From Tubiluchus corallicola (taxonomy: Eukaryota; Animalia; Priapulida), in the NCBI GenBank assembly GCA_030141605.1, contig JAQGDQ010000022.1, positions 682,001 through 746,000 on the forward strand: DNA of 64,000 bases. Direction: 5' to 3'. Position numbers and translations under genes: made by a program. Position 1 is the first letter of the stretch. The number at the start of each line of letters is the position of its first letter. Shown here piece by piece: positions 40,891 through 59,705 of the stretch. The notes beneath the pieces were generated by a model. It was not told where the DNA came from. It did no database searches and saw nothing but the letters and a program-made list of their open reading frames with translations.

Positions 40891-43489
40891 CATGATTTGT
40901 TAAGATTTTTCTGAGGGCACAATGTTACAGAAATACAGAATTAACATCCACATGTACCCAGATAATTTGTCCCAGTGGCTCCATCTACAATGGCAAGATA
41001 AATTACATAAAATCAACTAAGTAAATTATTACATTATACTGCAACACAGATGCACAGTTTTTACCAACTAGTAATGCGCTCATCCACAAACATAAATTAT
41101 ACATGATCATTATCCATTGAAAGGCAAGACGAGTTTCTTAATTAAATTCTAGATTCGGTACTGTTATGTGGCTCCATCTGTGGGTAGCAGTGAATACCAA
41201 ATTATGTCCTATGTCTCAATAAAAATACCAAATAGTAGATTTAATGGTATGCATTAATTATATTTGTTTAAGTCTTGACGTAAGCGTAATGGCAAGGTGA
41301 TATTCGGTACTAAGATCAGCCTTTTCTAGGGTCTAGAAAAACTAGGAAAGACGATCATCACTTGCTGAAGTAAACACCCAAATTTGGCCGAGTAAATGTA
41401 TTACCAAAGAAGAAATATAATACGATAATGTAGTTTAGTAATGAGCCACTTTGATTAGGAGGGTAGTTAGTAGCTGTCCAAGATTCAACTAGATGGCAAG
41501 GCTAAACTATAAATAACTTTCAGCTGTTACATTATGAAAAATACTAATGTTATAATCGACGCTCATGATTTCACCCAGCATTTCGTATTAGTATTCACAT
41601 ATAGTTCCTACATATCTCATTCTTCTTTTTGACTGGTTCCGACTAAGAGAAGATTTGCCTCATTGAGAGACGATGCATATCCATCTGATCGTGGTTGAGG
41701 CTGACCTCTACCAGCACAGTGTCTAAGCTTAGAGGATAGATTAGCTTTGATAATGAGACAGGTTCTGATTCTTCTACAAGCATGTACATTAACTAGCCAC
41801 TGCGCCTGTTTGGTGGGTTTCGGCTTGCAGGTGCTGAATTATATTAAAAAATTAATGAGAAAACAAGTTTTTTTAGTTAAAAGAGTTGACCGTAACTTAA
41901 AATTTGACATTAATTTTGTTACATTTCATGGCTTCATTCTTAATCAAATCGGGCACTGAAGTTGCGTTTTCTGTCAAAACATTTAGTTATATTTTGCTCG
42001 TGAAACTTGATAAGTTAGCCCACATTTGATCTTTAACAAGTTTTTGAAAATTCTTACGTTGTTTATGTTTATTTAGTATATCAGCACCTCAAAATACGCA
42101 GAAATAGTTCACGAAATGGCTTTCTATATACATTTTTTAAAAGAGAAGCATTTTATTTGCAGATTTTAGTTTTTACGTTTTTCTCGTACTGTTCGGCATA
42201 CTAAAATCAGAATCGAGCGTTCAGTGATAAGCCGCACTTAACGTAGAGTGTGTTGCGAGACCGTATTGTGAACGCTATTCTTCTAAGAGGAGCCTCTGAA
42301 CCAGCAGAGATAACCACGTTCTGATGAAATACATGCCTCTTCAAGGAGGTAAACAGAATCAGTAAAGCAAGTGAAATCGCGCACTTTCGGTGTTGTGTAA
42401 CTTCTGTCACGAAATCCGTATTCGCTCTTTTTCAAGAAAAGAAACAGTTTCTGATGGCAAATGAAATTGCTTGTGACATTTACAAATTAGACATTAATAT
42501 TTGACATTTAACTGATTACTCAGTTAATCCAATGCCGTTGCAACTTGTTAATTTTGAGGCAAGAACTAAATGTGAACAGCCCACTGTATTCTTTCCAAAA
42601 GTTACTGCGTGACGTATTGCAAATGTGTAATAAAACTAAAGTAAAATAATCACATCAAATACATATTCTAGTAATATCATTATATACAGAATACTGTTTA
42701 GGACAACCCTTTTCAATGGGATAGGTTCCGGTCCTGTCACAACTATATACTTTGAGTAGGCATTACAGTTGGGTGCTACATCCAAGCTTGCGAAACACAA
42801 ACTGTATAGGAAAAGCACTGCAGCAGTGCAGTTATACAGGAATTTGGCTTACGGTGTAATTTTATTTGGTACATGCGCAATTCTATGCATTGGCGCAAAA
42901 TATTACATATATTGTCATATATAAGCAGTAAACTAAACGACATATTTACTAAAAACCATGCGAAAGTGTCAGGATTAAGACTAAAACACTTCCTTCCTGT
43001 TGTTAGGCACAGGAAGGTTTGACCATGAAGTCACAGAAAAATCCATATTAAATATGATTATAGTATACAGGTACTAACGCTGTGTGCAATCGCCTGCAAT
43101 TCGCTGTTCACTGAACCTAAACCTTATCCTAAAAGCTCAGGTAATACAGGTAATAACTGTAAGCCTCTGCTGCCCAGAAAGCGCCGGGATAGAGTGGTTT
43201 GTACTTCGTAAAGTACCTATAAGATTTATACCTATTACGGAGCTAATTACAGCTGTTGTATTAATTAGTGTTAACTACAATTAGTCGAGTGCAATGAAGA
43301 TTTTGTACCTGTTGACATTGGTGGTCTTAGCAGGTAAGTCTCAAAGATGATATGATTTAAAGGGGAAGAAAGAGGAATTTCAAAATATATCCCAGATATT
43401 TTCATACAAAGTTATATTACTTGGCATTGCGCTTACCGGTTTTGACAGACTCTTGTAACTGGAGAAGAAAAATCTTAATAATTTTAAGG

Positions 43490-43825
43490 TTTTCGCGCAA
43501 ATTCGTAAAACGACAGTGCATCGCCATCCCACTGCGCACCATTGGTTCACCAAAAACACATTATTGATCTTACTGACAATATTATGTAATATGTACTTTT
43601 GCTTAGTTAAGGAAGAATGTGCTGCAAATGTTAATGTCATTTTTTCAAATTTTTCGTAATAATATTTACACCTGTTTTAAACGATTGCACCCGATGGTCA
43701 TCGCGGGAGCTGATGTGTAGGCAACAAAACACAATGTAGTCTGATGATGTAGGTGATACAAAATTAAATTTAAGGACGATTTTTTAAGATATTTACGAAG
43801 AAAGTTTTCTTGTGCTTTAACTTTT
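43490..43825 (+). repeat. Dispersed repeat, copy 2
   Basis: Same collinear blocks as 40520-40890. Confidence 0.6.
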
Positions 43826-46800
43826 TTGAAAACCCATCTAATAAAATGGCTAATATATAAAAAATAAATAAATAAAGTGTCAATCTAAGAGGCCAGGTAT
43901 TGGAAAAACCTCCGAAGCTCCGACCCCTCGTTTCAAGATACATAACGAAATGATAAACAGTTGAAAAGTTTTTGTATTGCGCATTTTCAGACTAGATTAG
44001 AGAGCATTAGCAAAATAGCATTACCACTATACCCGTAAAAACTTGAGAGCTTGCAGTTCGTGCAATTACTAACAAAAACCAGCTACACAAGAATTCGATA
44101 CAACACAAGAATGGCTAATAATCCTTTTCCAGGCTTTCCAAACTACTTAACACTTCATAAACTCAGTAGGTGAATCAGAATCAGAAATGCAGTGAATTTC
44201 AAAATGTTCAAGCTGCCTTTCCCAGATATTATTAAAGTGTAGTACTCAATTTGTACAATGAGCTTAAGACTGAACTGTGTAGTGCAAGTCAAAGATTGGT
44301 ATCTACTCTGATGGTAATCTGGTTTCTTATCATGAAATTAACACGTAAAGCATGTAAAATTAACAAGTAAAGCCAAAAAAGAATACTGCATTTCCATCAC
44401 AATCAATGCTAAAACGCCGTTAAGCGACTGATGTTATTAATAACGACAGGCACGCAGCAGACAGCCGGGCAAGCATGCAAATAAGTGAGTGAGTGTATGT
44501 GAGTGAGTGAATGAGTGAGTGAGTAAGTGATTGAATAAGTAAATAAGCAAAAAGTAGCTAAATGAGCAAGCTAATAATAAATAAGCGGATATAGCAAACA
44601 AGTAAGCGAATAAGTATATAGGCAAGCTAAAAAGGATTTTTGTTTTGACATCGCTCATAACAATAAACTTACGATAAAAACTGAAAGTTAAGCGTTTACA
44701 TATCAGGTAACAACTGTAATGCTCAACCATTTTCAACATCATTAGCAAGATCTAAGCTATATACCGAAAATAATACTTAATTGTGAATTCAGACTGGGTC
44801 TTGAAAGTTTATTGTCATGGTAAATTAAAAAGGGCAGACGAAATAAGTAACTAATTTTCTTAAATTAGAGTTCCTCTGTCCTTCTTCTAGCAGTAAATGA
44901 ATAAACTATGTGATCCCTGTAAAGGTTCGCGCATTTTATGAAAAAATTTGGGACAGAATGTCATCTGAACGCGATTCTAAAGTTGGATAAATCAAAAGTA
45001 AGTAAATTTTACTTTTCTCTCGAGAATCTTGTTGGGCATGAATGGTGCTCATGCAGTCCAACAACAGGTTATAGTAACTAATAATTTTACAAAGAACATA
45101 TTCACGTTCCAAAGTAACCTAATTATACTTGCATACAGTAAATCTAATCATTTCGGTAATAGAACCGCCTGGACATTTTTGCAGATGTAAAAAGTAAAAA
45201 TACTAGAAACGTTTCTTTCCTAACTTAGCAGTACGTTTTTACCATTTTAAAAGTCTGGTAAAGTCCAACGTCAGAACATTTAAAGCCAACCCGCGCGACA
45301 AACAAATTTCAGTTAAAATTAGTGCTGGGAAATCTTCTAAAAGTGTTTTTCCAATGTAATTAAGTGATTCCTATATTTTGAAAAGATTATTAATCGTGCT
45401 TTTCACAGACAATTTGTGAGGCTTCATTATTTTACTTATCGCATCTTGTACTTTGCATATTTCGCAAGTGGTGCTAACATTAGCGTATTTAATGGAGGTT
45501 TTAATTAGTTTCTACCTTTCACATTCATTAAGAACTACTGTGAACCAAATGGTTGCCCCCCCCCAGTGGAACTCCTTCGTTGATACCCTTTGGGTCCGAT
45601 ATCGTTTTGACTATTTTTTGTCGTCAAAGTGTTCGTTCTGGTCAGGTGAAAAGAAACATTTGATTCACCAAGTTCCTTTTAGTAAATCATAGGACTGATG
45701 TGGTAAAAACAATAGAATGCCAACATAGCTGCAACAAAAACAACAATAAAATTTCGAGATGGAAAAATGGCAAATATAGGTCGCGTCACAAAAATCATGC
45801 GAAGGCCAGGGCAATAACTAATAACAACATAATAACCTCGCACTGTTACTGTCCCATGTCTCTAGCCACCTGACTGTCGCGTCTGTTTTTTTCCAGGGTC
45901 AGTTTGACTAATATGACAAGCCGGGGACAATTTGCCACTATTACTGAAACAAAGACAGGAAGTGACTATTATAATCACTGGTGATATGAACTAATATAGA
46001 GGCTCTGATTTTTATCAGTAGCAAAATGCCAAGCAATAAATCTCTAAGAAAGAAAATAGTTTTACAAAAGTTTATTTTCTTTTGTTTGCTGCTTTTCTGC
46101 TCATTCTTTATATGCTAACTAATTTAAGTAATCATCTAGTCTCTAGTTTCTTTACTTGTTCGTTTAGTCACTTGCCCATTCATTCATCAGTATCTGCTCA
46201 ATTTATTCATAAACGTGTTATCTGAGTTGCTTACTCATTTATTTTTTACTCAGTTGTTTATTACATGTCTCTTTTATTTTCTTATTTTTTTATTTGTTCG
46301 TTTTCTTGTTTGCTTGTCTATATTTAATAACTCATCGTCGATTTAGTAGCTCATTTGTTCATTAGCATACACTATCTTTTGCCCTGTTATTCAAATTCAT
46401 GATTCTTCACTGCTTGTTTTTTCATTAATTCACTAGTTCAACAGGTTCATCATTTTTTGTACACATCAGCATGTTTGTTCACAAATTTGTTTATATTTTA
46501 ATTATTTGTTCATTTAGTTTGTCCGGTGCTGTTCATTCTTCACTTCGTTATGTGTTCGCTAATACGTTTATTTGGTTGCTTATCCATTATCCATCGTTTC
46601 TTTCAAGCCTAGTAGTTCAAGTATTCACTTTATTTACTCATTTAGTCCACTTTGTGCGAAGTTAAGCAATGCTGTACTATTTAGTGAATAGAGAGGAGAC
46701 CGCTAAGAAAGTTGTTATGAAGCAATTTTATGTGCCAAACTGCTGCTAGTTATTTATCTTTTAAGGAGGATTTGCTAATCAATGAATAACTGACTGTGAA

Positions 46801-48689
46801 CAACAAGGTTAAGCAACCTCCAACCTAACCAGTAAAAGGTGAGTGATTGCCGAGAAAACTACTCCTGTTTGATAAGGCTGGGTGTTGCTGAAACTTGTGG
46901 TCAAACAAGCACTCAGCTATTCATTGATTTGCACATGTTCATTGTTTTTCATTCATTGTTTTTTTAGCTTAATATCTATTTTTTTCGTCTGCTTATTGGC
47001 TCTTTTATTTGGTAACTAGTGTATTTTTTCTCGTTTGTTCATAAAGCGGCTCATTTACGTACAACATGGTGTGTTCTACGTTCACAAGTTAACTGTTTTT
47101 ACTTTTTTGCCTGCATAATTGTTCGTTTAACATTAGACCATCGATTCATCCATGGCATATTAAAATTTATGCTTAATAGCAAGCTAAACATGAAAATACA
47201 GTTAATTTTAATTAACACGCAAATTTAGGCATTTGAATATTTGAATTATTAATCGCTCCTGTATTAGAATTTGTGTGGTCCTTTGCGACACCTGATTTCC
47301 CCTTTTCTGTTCTTACAAATTCTAATGTAAGTTATTCATCATTGTTAAACTTCCGATGCGGATTCTAAAAATGCCTCAAGTGCTGAATACGTGACAGACA
47401 CCCTTGACCTATTCCTAAAAGGGATATAGATTTATTGATAGTCACTTGATGTGTGCGGTTAACTGTTTAGCGAACACAGGCTGTGTAAACTCATTTGCTC
47501 ATTCTTTAGAAAGATATTAAGCTCCTAAAACTGGTGGGAAAATCATTTTAACCTCAAGTGCTGCGCGGCTGTCCTTTTGATAAGTGCAGGGCGTGGAGCG
47601 TGCCCCTGTGACTGTGAATGTAGGTTTGGCACGGCCGAAACTTTTCTGGTAATAAATTTGGGTAGGTAGCAATGAACAACAACAAACAAAAAAAACTAAC
47701 GTTACAAGCATTACTGGCTGCAGGTTGATGTTTTAAATTGCAATACTTTGAAAACTGCCCATTGGCAAGCGTACCAAATACCAATGCGCGTTTCGGAGTT
47801 TGCAAAGAAGGATGTAAATTGGTCGCGAGGAAGCTATTGAACATGAAGTGTTCTCTAGAATTTTTAAGCTGGGTGTGTATGACCTAAATTTACCTTTGCT
47901 AGCACACCGAAAGACAAGAACTCATACAGAGACGCTAAAAAATTTCCAGGACTAGAAGAACGTTGCTGCACGAGGTAAAAAATTGTAAAACCCTAAAACA
48001 GTTAAATGTTAAACTGTCTTGTCCATAAAAATTACAACTTGATTCGTTATGTTCAAACTATGCAAGTTTACAACGTTTTACTTACTGAAGCTGTCCTTCA
48101 TGTTTTTCATCTATAGGTTCATAAAGTATAATTTCACTTTAAATAACTACAATGTTTTCTGCTGCGCTTGTTAATGGGGGGAAAATAAGAATAAAAAACC
48201 GTTAAAGCCTACCATTGCTCACCAGCCTTTCTACATAGCGTGCAAAAGAATACTAACCATTTTACTGTAAATATCCAAAATCTTAGGTGTCTAATTCAAT
48301 ATTGTGCTAACATGATTTAATTGTACGTAATTCATTAGCATCACGTTTTTATATGCTTAGTTTGTTCGCTCATTGGAACGAAGCTTATAGTCTTAATTTA
48401 AGTGGCTTTACGTAAACATCCCTTTGATTAATTTCTTTGTACGTTGTAGTAATCATGACAGTAACCAAAGTTTCTATGCAATTTAGTTCTAGTTATTTGT
48501 GGATGTGTCTTTTTTGGCTTAAGTCTATGTCTGCGCGCTGAACTAAAAAAATAAAAAGTAATATAATAAGTAGGCATTTTGCCCTATAAAAAATATATAA
48601 CTATAGAAGACTTAGTGTGCAATTTATATGGTTTTCTTATAGGCATCTAGATGTCTTGAAGGAGTAGGACAGTTGACTATGTCAAGATA

Positions 48690-49020
48690 AGAAATCCATC
48701 ATTCCAGCACGAGTGGTCAACAAAAACATTTGTCCTCATTTCACACTGTTACCTGAAGCGACCTGAATTTTCCCTGGGCTTCTTCGCCTTGGTCTTCCCA
48801 TTGAAATTCTTGAAAGCGATGATTTTTAAGAAACTTTCCATTCTTCATAAACTTTCGCTCTTTTCTTTTTTGTCAGTTTGTACCTTTTCTAATGAGGCCA
48901 CAGAACACAAGAAGTGCCCAGATCTCATTTTCCGATTTCTGTTGCGACAATTTTCCTAGTGTAATATCGCAGTCTTGCATTTTAACTTTGATACGGTTTA
49001 CATCCGTCTTGCGACCACTC
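48690..49020 (-). mobile_element. RTE-type LINE 3' remnant
   Basis: Minus-strand translation RKMRSGHFLCS...FLKIIAFKNFNGKTKAKKPR resembles the RTE ORF C-terminus (GH..R...GKRxRGRPR). Confidence 0.35.
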
Positions 49021-49786
49021 CTTCTATCGGGATATTGCCGGTAGAAGGTCAGCGCGTTTAATAACTGCCTTTAGCAATAATGGTTAACAAAGGCACAATG
49101 TGATCCCACACTTTTGCTCTAAAAGCAGAGTCAAGGACAGCAACTCCGCGGACATTCAGACTCTTGCTAGTTAGATCGGATAAAGCTTCTGTTCATTCTT
49201 CGCTCATTATGCAAATGTGAAAACACTTGCTACGATTAATAACTAGAGGGCGTGGATGTACAATAATATAACACATTACTAATTATTTGTAATGTCCAAA
49301 CTTAGTCTAGATTTGAACCGAAGATGTTTGGATTACAAATCCGTTTGTTAAATTTCTGCCAGTGCCAACGCAATATCAGTTTCAATAAGGATGAAAAATG
49401 TTCGTTGATACGGTGAAAGTCTTGAATTTCTAACAAAGCTGGTTATAACGACAAGTACTGAAGTAACGACATGTCATTGTAATGTCATATTATGGATCCA
49501 TATGATCCAGAATTTCTTATTTTTTCTCTTTTTAAATCAGTCATTTTTTTTTATATTAATAGTAATTATATCGTATTTTTATGTGATCGTTAATGATCGA
49601 AATAAACTTAAACTTATAATTTGTCTCCTTGCATAGATAACAATATTTATATACAGTTTCATCGCAACCTTCCCTTGCCTCATCCTCAAAAATGTTTTCA
49701 CACGAATGTGCACGCCTGCAAAATTTCGTTACCGTTTTGCAACTCGTTAGCTTAGAATCAATTACCTAGCTTGTGCGGCAGCGGAC

Positions 49787-55936
<6,150 letters not shown>

Positions 55937-56292
55937 GCGCAAAAATGTCCAAAAATTGTACATCTAAAGTTTATGTATGTTATATGTGTTTATCGTGTAT
56001 TAAGAAAAACTCAGTGTGTCTTCAATTAAACTTAATGTTAAATAGCGACTAAAGTTTATATTGATAGTGATTTTATGCCATTTAATTTCTCTTTTCTGAC
56101 AACGAGATTTTGCTGAGTTTATTATTTTTGTATTACCAATGTTTCAGAAAATAGTAATAGAAATTATATGAATGCTCAAATATTTATCTAACTTTTCCTA
56201 ATTTATAACTCTAGGCAAAATATAAGTAGGCACTTATGAGTCATCAGAAACCCATACTTAACGCAACATTAAAGAGAAATTTGTGAATGCTG

Positions 56293-56316
56293 TAACAACA
56301 ACGACAACGACAACGA

Positions 56317-56365
<49 letters not shown>

Positions 56366-56465
56366 AACGACAACAACAACAACAACAACAGCATCAGCAA
56401 CACGGCAGCAGCAGCAGTAGTAGTAGTAGCAGAAGCAGCAGCAGCAGCAGCAACAACAGCAACAA
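56293..56465. repeat. Compound tri/hexanucleotide microsatellite (ACAACG, GCAACG, ACA, GCA, GTA)
   Basis: Directly visible, between the convergent deacetylase-like and SLC6 genes. Confidence 0.9.
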
Positions 56466-56909
56466 TGAGATATTTGGGCACTTGCTAATTGTTTTTATGT
56501 TTTAGTATATTGAGAAAGATAATTATTATTGTATAGATGATGAAAAACCATGGGAAGCCAATACAGGCAATTGATGGAATTTCGTTTAGAAGTTATTTAA
56601 GTGCAACAACTTGTTTTCTTAAACAGCGAAACTAATTGGCAAGGTTACAATGACGGAAACAATGAATATTTCGAAATAAGCTTGCTGACGAACAAATATC
56701 CTTATTACAATTTATTTTCTTTTTACTGGTAATCTGGAACAAATAGTTGATTTTGTTAAATTAAAAATTTGCCGTAATTATTGCTAGGTTAAGTAAAAAA
56801 GGAAAACATAAAAGCAAACATTTCATCTTGAATGTTTCTGGTTTAGACCTAACAACAGGTATTCTACTTCTAAAGTTTTCGTTCTTGTCTTACCCAGGTT
56901 CTGCCCTTT

Positions 56910-59705
56910 CTATTGACTTGGGTCCTGTTGACCCGCAGGTGGTGTTCCATTGTTTCCGTTTCCTGGTTTAGGATCAGTACTTGCTGTGGAAGGCATCCCA
57001 TTTTCATTAGGCTCTATTGTACCTTCTCGTTTAGGTTGTGTGCTTGTAAGAGCAGACACTCTGTTTCCTTCGTCTTTTTTAGAGTCAATAATTGCAATGA
57101 TAGGCATGCCATTTTCGTGATCTTCTACTTCAAATCCTGTGTTTACATTAGGTGTTTCAAGTTCCTCAGTTTGGGCATATACAAAAGATTCGTCAAGTTT
57201 TACAGCTGGTTTTTCAGTATCTCTTACTTCGGGTTCTGTACTTGCAGTAACAGGATTTTCACCTTCACTCTCTCCTGGCTTAAGTTCTGCACTTGCAGGC
57301 TGCGTACTTGTAAGAGTAGACACTCTGTTTCCTTCGTTTTTTTTAGAGTCAATACTTGCAATGATAGGCATGCCATCTTCGTGATCTTCTACTTCAAGTC
57401 CTGTGTTTACATTAGGTGTTTCAAGTTCCTCAGTTTGGGCATGTACAAAAGATTCGTAAAATTTTACAGCTGGTTTTGCGCTATCTCTTACTTCGGGTTC
57501 TGTACTTGCAGTAACAGGATTTTCACCTTCACTCTCTCCTGGCTTAAGTTTTGAACTTGCAGGCTGCGTGCTTGTAAGAGTAGACGCTCTGTTTCCTTCA
57601 TCTTTTTTAGAGTCAATACTTGTAATGATAGGCATGCCGTCTTCGTGATCTTCTACTTCAAGTCCTGTATTTACATTAAGTGTTTCAAGTTCTTCAGTTT
57701 GGGCATGTACAAAAGATTCGTAAAATTTTACAGCTGGTTTTCCACTATCTCTTGCTTCGGGTTCTGTACCTGCAATACCTAGTGCTCCACTTTCACCATC
57801 TTCTGGTTCAGGTTTTGTTCTTGGGCTGTGTGGTCTTGTTGGTGTTTCTGCACCAGGCGGTTTTCCACCTTCACCATATTCTGGCCCAGGCGCTGGTCTT
57901 TCATCTGTCACATTTCCGCCAGACACTGTAGTAAATTCTATACATCTTCTATCAAAGCGATCATCCTTTGTAGCAGCTTTCACTAGCTTACCAATTAGGG
58001 TTGCCTCTTTCTGAGTTAATATTATATATATTTCATAGATTGGAATTTGTCCCAATGATGCACAGAATAGTAACCAACCAAAAGCAGTGGCCCAAGCTGG
58101 ATGATCTGGTTCTGGTGTAAAATCAAACATGGCTAAAACAAATATGGACAGAACTAGTACAGGCGTAACTGCCACCCATGTGACTATCCAGTAAATTCCA
58201 GGCCGATACCCCAGCATTACAAAAACGTTTTCCCTAAATTGTTTGTAACCATATACCCACATAATTGCTGCCATCTCAAAGAAAGCAATGGCTAAAACTG
58301 GAAGATCACCTCCATATTTGTCCATAAGAGCCCAAACATATAGCCCACCATGAGAAGTGGCTGGTAATGCTATGATAAATGAACAAACGCAAAATGCAAG
58401 TGTAAGCTGCAGTTTATAATTTCGTAGGTTTCGGTACTGATCACTAAGAGAACTCATTGCACATTCTAGCAATGCGAATTCACTGTCCAATCCAAGAGTG
58501 TATAACATAAAGAAAAATAAAACAGACCAAAGCTGGGCACCTGGTAGTCGACTAACAGCTTCAGGATAGGCAATGAATGTTAAACCAGGTCCTCCTCGGA
58601 CAACGTCTTTCAGATCGTCCAATCCCAGTTCATGTGCAAGAGCGCCAAGTACAGAAAATACCACAAATCCAGCAATGATGCTAGTAATGGTGTCGAGACT
58701 GCTGACTACAATTGCATCACGGTAACAGTTATGTGAAAATTTGTTGTAGCTAGAAAGAGTGATAAGGCAGCCCCAACCAACACTCAAGGAAAAGAAAACC
58801 TGGCCCAAAGCATTTCGCCAAACTTGCACGTCTTGCAGTTTTGACCATGATGGCACTAGGAAATGTTTTATTCCTAACTCAGCGCCCTCTGTTGTTACGC
58901 CCCGAATCAACAAAATGAACAAAACAAAGTAAGGAAATGTTGCAGTAAAATAAACTACTTTGCCAGAACTTCTGATGCCTTTCATAAGGCAGAAAAATAC
59001 AATGACCCACGACAGTAGCAGATTAAGAAGCACGTCCCATTTGATGCTGCCTAAATCAGTGATGCTATACGAATGATCGACTGTGCCATTTACTACAATA
59101 TTTAAACCAAGAACTTTGTTTTCCCAGTATTCTTCTGGTGCTGTTTTCAGTTTAAACGTCCCGTTGTAATACTTTGATGCATTCCAAAAATCGATCACAT
59201 CTTGCGAAATAGGATTTCCTCGCACATAGCAAGCAACAGTATTCCAATCATTGTTGCATTTGGTCCACGGAAGCACACTTTGCATTGAAGCCCACATGTA
59301 GTATATTGTGTACGACATAATAACGTTATAATATATTGATACTATGATATTTACTGTTACCATAGCACCTCCAATGCCTTTGGCAAGGGGTGCGCATGAC
59401 CATATAGTCAAAGGCGCTTCTCCTGCATACTGACCAAATGCCAGTTCCATGTAGTACATTGGTTTTCCAACTAGAAATAGCATTAAAACGTATGGCAGCA
59501 GAAATGCTCCACCTCCATTGTCATAACACATAAAAGGAAATCGCCAAACATTGCCAATACCTACTGACAGGCCAACGCAAGACAAAAGAAACTCCCATTT
59601 GGAAGCCCAGATTAGTCTTTCATCAGACGGTTCAGTGTTTATTATACGATTATATAGTTCTCGTGGATTTCCTAGTCGTCGCACCATATTTCTGATTCCA
59701 GCCAT
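56910..59705 (-). CDS. SLC6 (SNF) Na+/Cl- dependent transporter, nutrient-amino-acid/glycine-transporter-like, single coding exon, about 931 aa
   Basis: Uninterrupted ORF with WASKWEFLLSCVGLSVGIGNVWRFP, NGGGAFLLPY, GKPMYYME, LPWTKC, SSGKVVYFTATFPY, QVFFSLSVGWG, GPGLTFIAYPEA and LFFFMLYTLGLDS. The first ATG is at 59705. The subfamily call rests on recalled motifs only. Confidence 0.93.
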   Translation of the reverse strand: MAGIRNMVRRLGNPRELYNRIINTEPSDERLIWASKWEFLLSCVGLSVGIGNVWRFPFMCYDNGGGAFLLPYVLMLFLVGKPMYYMELAFGQYAGEAPLTIWSCAPLAKGIGGAMVTVNIIVSIYYNVIMSYTIYYMWASMQSVLPWTKCNNDWNTVACYVRGNPISQDVIDFWNASKYYNGTFKLKTAPEEYWENKVLGLNIVVNGTVDHSYSITDLGSIKWDVLLNLLLSWVIVFFCLMKGIRSSGKVVYFTATFPYFVLFILLIRGVTTEGAELGIKHFLVPSWSKLQDVQVWRNALGQVFFSLSVGWGCLITLSSYNKFSHNCYRDAIVVSSLDTITSIIAGFVVFSVLGALAHELGLDDLKDVVRGGPGLTFIAYPEAVSRLPGAQLWSVLFFFMLYTLGLDSEFALLECAMSSLSDQYRNLRNYKLQLTLAFCVCSFIIALPATSHGGLYVWALMDKYGGDLPVLAIAFFEMAAIMWVYGYKQFRENVFVMLGYRPGIYWIVTWVAVTPVLVLSIFVLAMFDFTPEPDHPAWATAFGWLLFCASLGQIPIYEIYIILTQKEATLIGKLVKAATKDDRFDRRCIEFTTVSGGNVTDERPAPGPEYGEGGKPPGAETPTRPHSPRTKPEPEDGESGALGIAGTEPEARDSGKPAVKFYESFVHAQTEELETLNVNTGLEVEDHEDGMPIITSIDSKKDEGNRASTLTSTQPASSKLKPGESEGENPVTASTEPEVRDSAKPAVKFYESFVHAQTEELETPNVNTGLEVEDHEDGMPIIASIDSKKNEGNRVSTLTSTQPASAELKPGESEGENPVTASTEPEVRDTEKPAVKLDESFVYAQTEELETPNVNTGFEVEDHENGMPIIAIIDSKKDEGNRVSALTSTQPKREGTIEPNENGMPSTASTDPKPGNGNNGTPPAGQQDPSQ
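57033..57768 (-). repeat. 264-bp (88-aa) coding tandem repeat, about 2.8 copies, in the SLC6 C-terminal tail
   Basis: GGGTTCTGTAC recurs at 57231, 57495 and 57759 (period 264). The protein unit is TEPE.RD..KPAVKFYESFVHAQTEELET.NVNTGLEVEDHEDGMPII..IDSKK.EGNR. Confidence 0.95.

Noticed and set aside
56913-57554. 213-aa plus-strand ORF
   Set aside because: Antisense shadow of the SLC6 repeat tail. Its length follows from the 264-bp repetition.
57033-57768. Long tandem repeat considered as a CRISPR-like array
   Set aside because: No repeat-spacer alternation. These are full-length 264-bp coding duplications in a eukaryotic gene.
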